A DNA stretch of 54,810 bases. Source: Octopus bimaculoides. Its lineage: Eukaryota. Below, piece after piece: positions 50,391 to 54,810 of this stretch. The stretch lies in contig NC_068992.1 in NCBI RefSeq assembly GCF_001194135.2, forward strand, positions 53,455,102 to 53,509,911, read 5' to 3'. The stretch's first letter is position 1. Each line of letters begins with the position of its first letter. The notes below the pieces were generated by a model. The model was not told the DNA's origin, searched no databases, and saw nothing but the letters and a program-made list of their open reading frames with translations. The position numbers and the translations under genes were made by a program.

Positions 50391-50916
50391 CGTTCATACA
50401 TGTGCTATATGAATACATGATGTGGTTTTAGAGTCAGTTTTGACTTCTAAATCTATCATGGTGGTATCTCTCCAGTACCCTTAATTATAATTATATTTAT
50501 TTAATTATATATCTATAGTAATTATTACCTATACGGTTTTCTTCCATGCTGGCCCCTTGTTATGCTCATTATTTTAGATAATGGTCTTATCCTCTTTATA
50601 TATAAATAAACATTCATACATGCATAGAGATATGAAGCACTTTCGTATTGTACCCAACTGTATTTTCTTCATCTCATCCATAGTATAAATAAGCAAATAT
50701 AAAAATCCTTGGAAGTCCCGAAGTCCAACAACATTCAGTTGTAGTGGGAAGTATTTCGTAACAGCATTTTTAATTTCTGCATTAAACTTTATTTGTTCCA
50801 CACGTTGATCTTGAAGCTTTGACCTCCACATAAACCGTGACAATTTCTCACAATCTCTAAGTGTGCAAATGTTGAATTACTGTAATAGTTCAGATAAGTT
50901 ACCGAGCTTCAATACA

Positions 50917-51169
50917 CAGGGTGATGCAAAATTAGATATACAGTTATGAACAAAGAAAAGACATAAATACTCATTTATTTTTATCAAAAATATTAAAATT
51001 ACGATAAAATTATTATTATTATAATTATGATAAATGCATTATTATGATTAATGACATTGAAACTATATCAAAAATGACGTTAATTAATCTAATGCGCTAA
51101 TAATTTTGATGAATTAAGTATTATAGCATTGATGTGATAGTTACTGTATACCTATTTTTGGACTTACTG
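50917..51169. mobile_element. Putative Tc1/mariner-type MITE relic
   Basis: The imperfect terminal inverted repeats are cagggtgatgcaaaattagatatacagt (50917-50944) and actgtatacctatttttggacttactg (51143-51169). TA follows the right end, and the interior is very AT-rich and non-coding. Confidence 0.45.
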
Positions 51170-51702
51170 TATGTAAGTATGTTGGAAGACACATGACGTC
51201 ACCCAGTTTATATTAGCATCGCAAACTAAGTAGAATGTTTCGAAAAATGTAAAGAATTGTTATGTTCCTTTCACTTTTGAACTCAAATGAACTTCGACGT
51301 AGCTTTTTTCTATTTACTAAAGTACCAATTTAAAGGAAAAAAGAAGTTTAAATACATAGCTGGAACATTCCACAGAAATTACAATTCTTAACATATGCAG
51401 CAATGATACTTAAAATGTTCAGCATAAACATCCCACTATTCGGGACTTGCCTAGGTGACCTAATATTATGTATGATTCATCTGATAATCATCGCTCGAAT
51501 TCTATCCACAAGGCCTGGATGGACCAGTGAATGCAGTTTTAAGGAATTTACTTTGGAGTACAGTCGAAACCAATGGTTCAGAATTGCGAAGGCAACTTAT
51601 CACATTAACCAAAAGGCCATCTGAGCATCTCCTTCACTCTAAATTCTAACTTTCTCACAGTAGTTTGTGTATGTGTTTGACTGTGTGTGGGTATGTGTGG
51701 GC

Positions 51703-51753
51703 ATGTGTGTGTGGAGGCTATGTGTGTGTGGAGGCTATGTGTGTGTGGAGGCT
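51703..51753. repeat. Three perfect 17-bp tandem repeats (atgtgtgtgtggaggct)
   Basis: Units lie at 51703, 51720 and 51737. Confidence 0.95.
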
Positions 51754-52424
51754 ATGTGTGTGCGCATGTGTGTATTGCTGTTTGTTGGTTTAAAAGCATC
51801 GGTTTGTTTACCTGTTTTAAGCACTAATTAGTGCTTAAAATAGATAGACAAACTTGTAAGACCGACAAAGTGATACACACACATACAAACACACATACCC
51901 ACACACTAACTACTGTGAGGAAGTTATGACCCAGAGTGAGGGAGCCTCAGATGATTTTCTGTAGCCTTCAAATAGATTGTTTTGGGGCAAAGGGCTGTCG
52001 TTGGTGATATTGACACTGTTAATGGTTTATTAGAAGGGTAGCAAATTAATTATTGCATGTAAGAACATTAGTATGGAGGGATTCTAAAGTGCTACGTTTC
52101 GGGTAACGAAGTTTAGTTAGTAGTACATTATGAAATACAGAATATAAAAAGAATGAGCTGTGTAAATTTGCTTTGGTAAAAGTGGCGCAATATCAGCCAT
52201 CTCCACGAAAGAGTAAAGGTTTGTGTAGTAATAGAGAAAAATGTAGAGAGATGACACAACATGTTTGTGTGATAGACGCTGAATTTTGTTGGTGAGCGCT
52301 AATGGCGTTCAGGACTAAGGGTTGTGATGCTGCCTAAGTTAAATATATAAAGTATCACAGATTATTGGGACGGTGAAGAAAGATAGTGAAACTGTGAAGA
52401 TAAAGTCATGTGAAGCAGTCTGAG

Positions 52425-52571
52425 AGAGAGAGAGAGAGGTGAGGCTCAACAATTCAAATATAAATAAAAAGGGTAAGTGGTATAGTTAGGAACGAGTGAA
52501 AGAAGTGGAGAGGCTCATACACAGACAAAGAAAATGGGATGAGAGAGAGGGAGATAGATAGATAGATAGAT

Positions 52572-52617
<46 letters not shown>

Positions 52618-52741
52618 AGTGAGTAGGGCACAATTTGAGTGGGAGTGAAAGAAGATACAAGTGTTAAGTAGATGGAAAAGGAGAGGTCTAAGCGGATGAA
52701 ACAATGATTGGTATATATATATATATATAGATATATATATA

Positions 52742-52782
<41 letters not shown>

Positions 52783-53534
52783 CCATACATATATATATAT
52801 ATAGAGAGAGAGAGATATAGATATATATATGGAGAGAGAGAGAAAAATTTTGACGGTAATAGAGGAAATTAAAATTGAATTAATGAAACACAAATATTAG
52901 TAGAGATAGGGGGGGTACATATTAAGATGTACTAATAACGCAGTGGATGGTTAGTAGTGGTGGCGCTAGTAATGCAATGAGTGGTAGTGGTTGTGGAGGT
53001 CGTATTCGTTGTACTATTAATGGTAGTGGTAGCGTTTGAAGTAGTAGTAGTAGTAGTAGTAGTTGCAATACAAATAGAAACATAATGATTGCATGGAGAG
53101 AGGTTGTGTGGGGAAAATGTGTAGGATAGACAGTGAGAGAGAGGGAGAGAGAGGGAGGGGGTGAAAGGGAGAGGAAGAAAATATGAATGAAAGATAATGA
53201 AAACTAGATGAGAAACTGTGGGAGAGAGATTAATTGAATGAATAAAGTAAGAATTTAACGGTATGGGTGTGTAAATGTGTGTGTATGCGCGTGTGTGTTT
53301 ATGCCTGCATATACGTCTGCATGCATGTGTGTATTCATGTGTGAATGTTTTTCCATATACGAGCTTATGTGTGCTTGCGTGCGTGTGTGTGTGTGTGTGT
53401 GTGTGTCATTATTTATTCGATTTTCAGTAAAGATGTATGGCGAATACACTGCTATAGTGATGGGTTATATAAAGGGTAGCATAGGGAGTGATGCAAAGAA
53501 AGACAAAAGGAAAGAGAGAGAGAGAGAAAGATAG

Positions 53535-53588
<54 letters not shown>

Positions 53589-53700
53589 TGACAAAAAGGA
53601 ATATGGTGTAAAATTTTGAGAGCAGAAGAGACAGCGGAGAAGAAAAGTCACAAAAATGAGTGAGAGTCAGAGAGAGAGAGAGAGAGATAGCTGTATGTGA
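52425..53700. repeat. GA/GATA/TA/TAG/TG microsatellite field
   Basis: Directly visible. Confidence 0.9.
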
Positions 53701-54768
53701 AAGAGTTACTGAGTAAAGAAAAAGAGTTGTGAGTGAGTAGAAATGTGTAGCAGATATTCAGCTGCCGACTAGATTTTTTATATTTAAAATAATGAATGGA
53801 TGTTATCATTAATTTAATGCAACTTGCATGATTTTTATGAGAAAAAATAATTTATGTCCACCTCTCTCTTCTCATTCTCTCTCTTCTCCTTCTCTCTATT
53901 TTTCTCTTCCTTTAATCTCCTTTCCTTTACCTTCAATCTTTGCTTCTCTTTGTCTCTTTTTTTTCTTTCAAATCTGTTTTTCTTAATTCTTTGCACAGAT
54001 TTCAAATTCAAACCTTTAATTTTTCAACTTTATTAGAAAAAGAAACCACTATCACCCACACACAAAAAAAAAAAACACCATAGCGAAAGCAAAACAGAAA
54101 AAAAACATGACAGTACGCCTGCCACATTACTCAGAAAATATTGGCATGGTCATGCCAAAGATCAGAGCTTAGCATTTATTCATTCTTGTATATAGAAATT
54201 GGTGTTTTTCAATACTGACAGAAAGAACCCTGCTTGCAACGCAGATAGAATGAACAGAATACAATGTGTCCCTAATCCAATTGTGTACAGGAATGACGAT
54301 TATTCATAATTTAGTAGTGGCAAAGAGATGTGTACTCGATTACACTTTTTATAGACTTTCTGGTAATGTTGATGTTGTTATTGTTGTTGCCGATGGTGTT
54401 GCTTTTTGTCTTTTTCTTGCTGGTCGTGATGTTTATGCTGTTGCCGTTGTTGTTGTTGATATCAGGCGCGGGTGGGGGTGGGGCAGTATGAAACCACTTG
54501 AGCCTGATGATGGGGCAGAGTTAACTAAACAGAATGCTCTTTTAACTGCGTGTAAACACGTGTACAGAGGTATAGGGAGGGTCTGTAAAAGTGTGAATAG
54601 AATGGTTTAGAATAACTTAGAGTGGTGTACAAGAATGAGATGGGGGGAATGTGGTGTGGGGGTGAATTTCAGTATGAAAATAAGTGAGATTTCCTTTTTA
54701 GAATATGGAAAAGTGCATATAATATACAAGAATATAAACACTCATTCGCCAACACACAAATCAATAAG

Positions 54769-54810
<42 letters not shown>

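Overview
This is eukaryotic, AT-rich, microsatellite-saturated draft genomic sequence with 14 N-gaps. The repeat families and microsatellite load suggest an octopus (coleoid cephalopod) scaffold; that assignment is inference from recognition, not a search. I can support no protein-coding gene, rRNA, intact tRNA or CRISPR array. Nearly all listed ORFs are translations of TA/CA/GA/trinucleotide tracts or run through Ns. The interpretable content is retroposon-derived. Four tRNA-headed SINE families are labelled here A, B, C and D, and a fifth fragmentary family, E, ends in (CAA)n. There are also two weak DNA-transposon remnants. The most striking structure is a ~3.5 kb head-to-tail array of about 15 same-strand family D SINEs (about 5110-8660). 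Its copies are often joined through TAA-rich tails, alternate between two 3'-end types, and one carries a nested younger family A SINE with a perfect 11-bp TSD. Families A, B and D share a 15-nt hairpin near their 3' ends, with a compensatory base-pair change between A and D. Family labels are mine; boundaries of degenerate copies are approximate.
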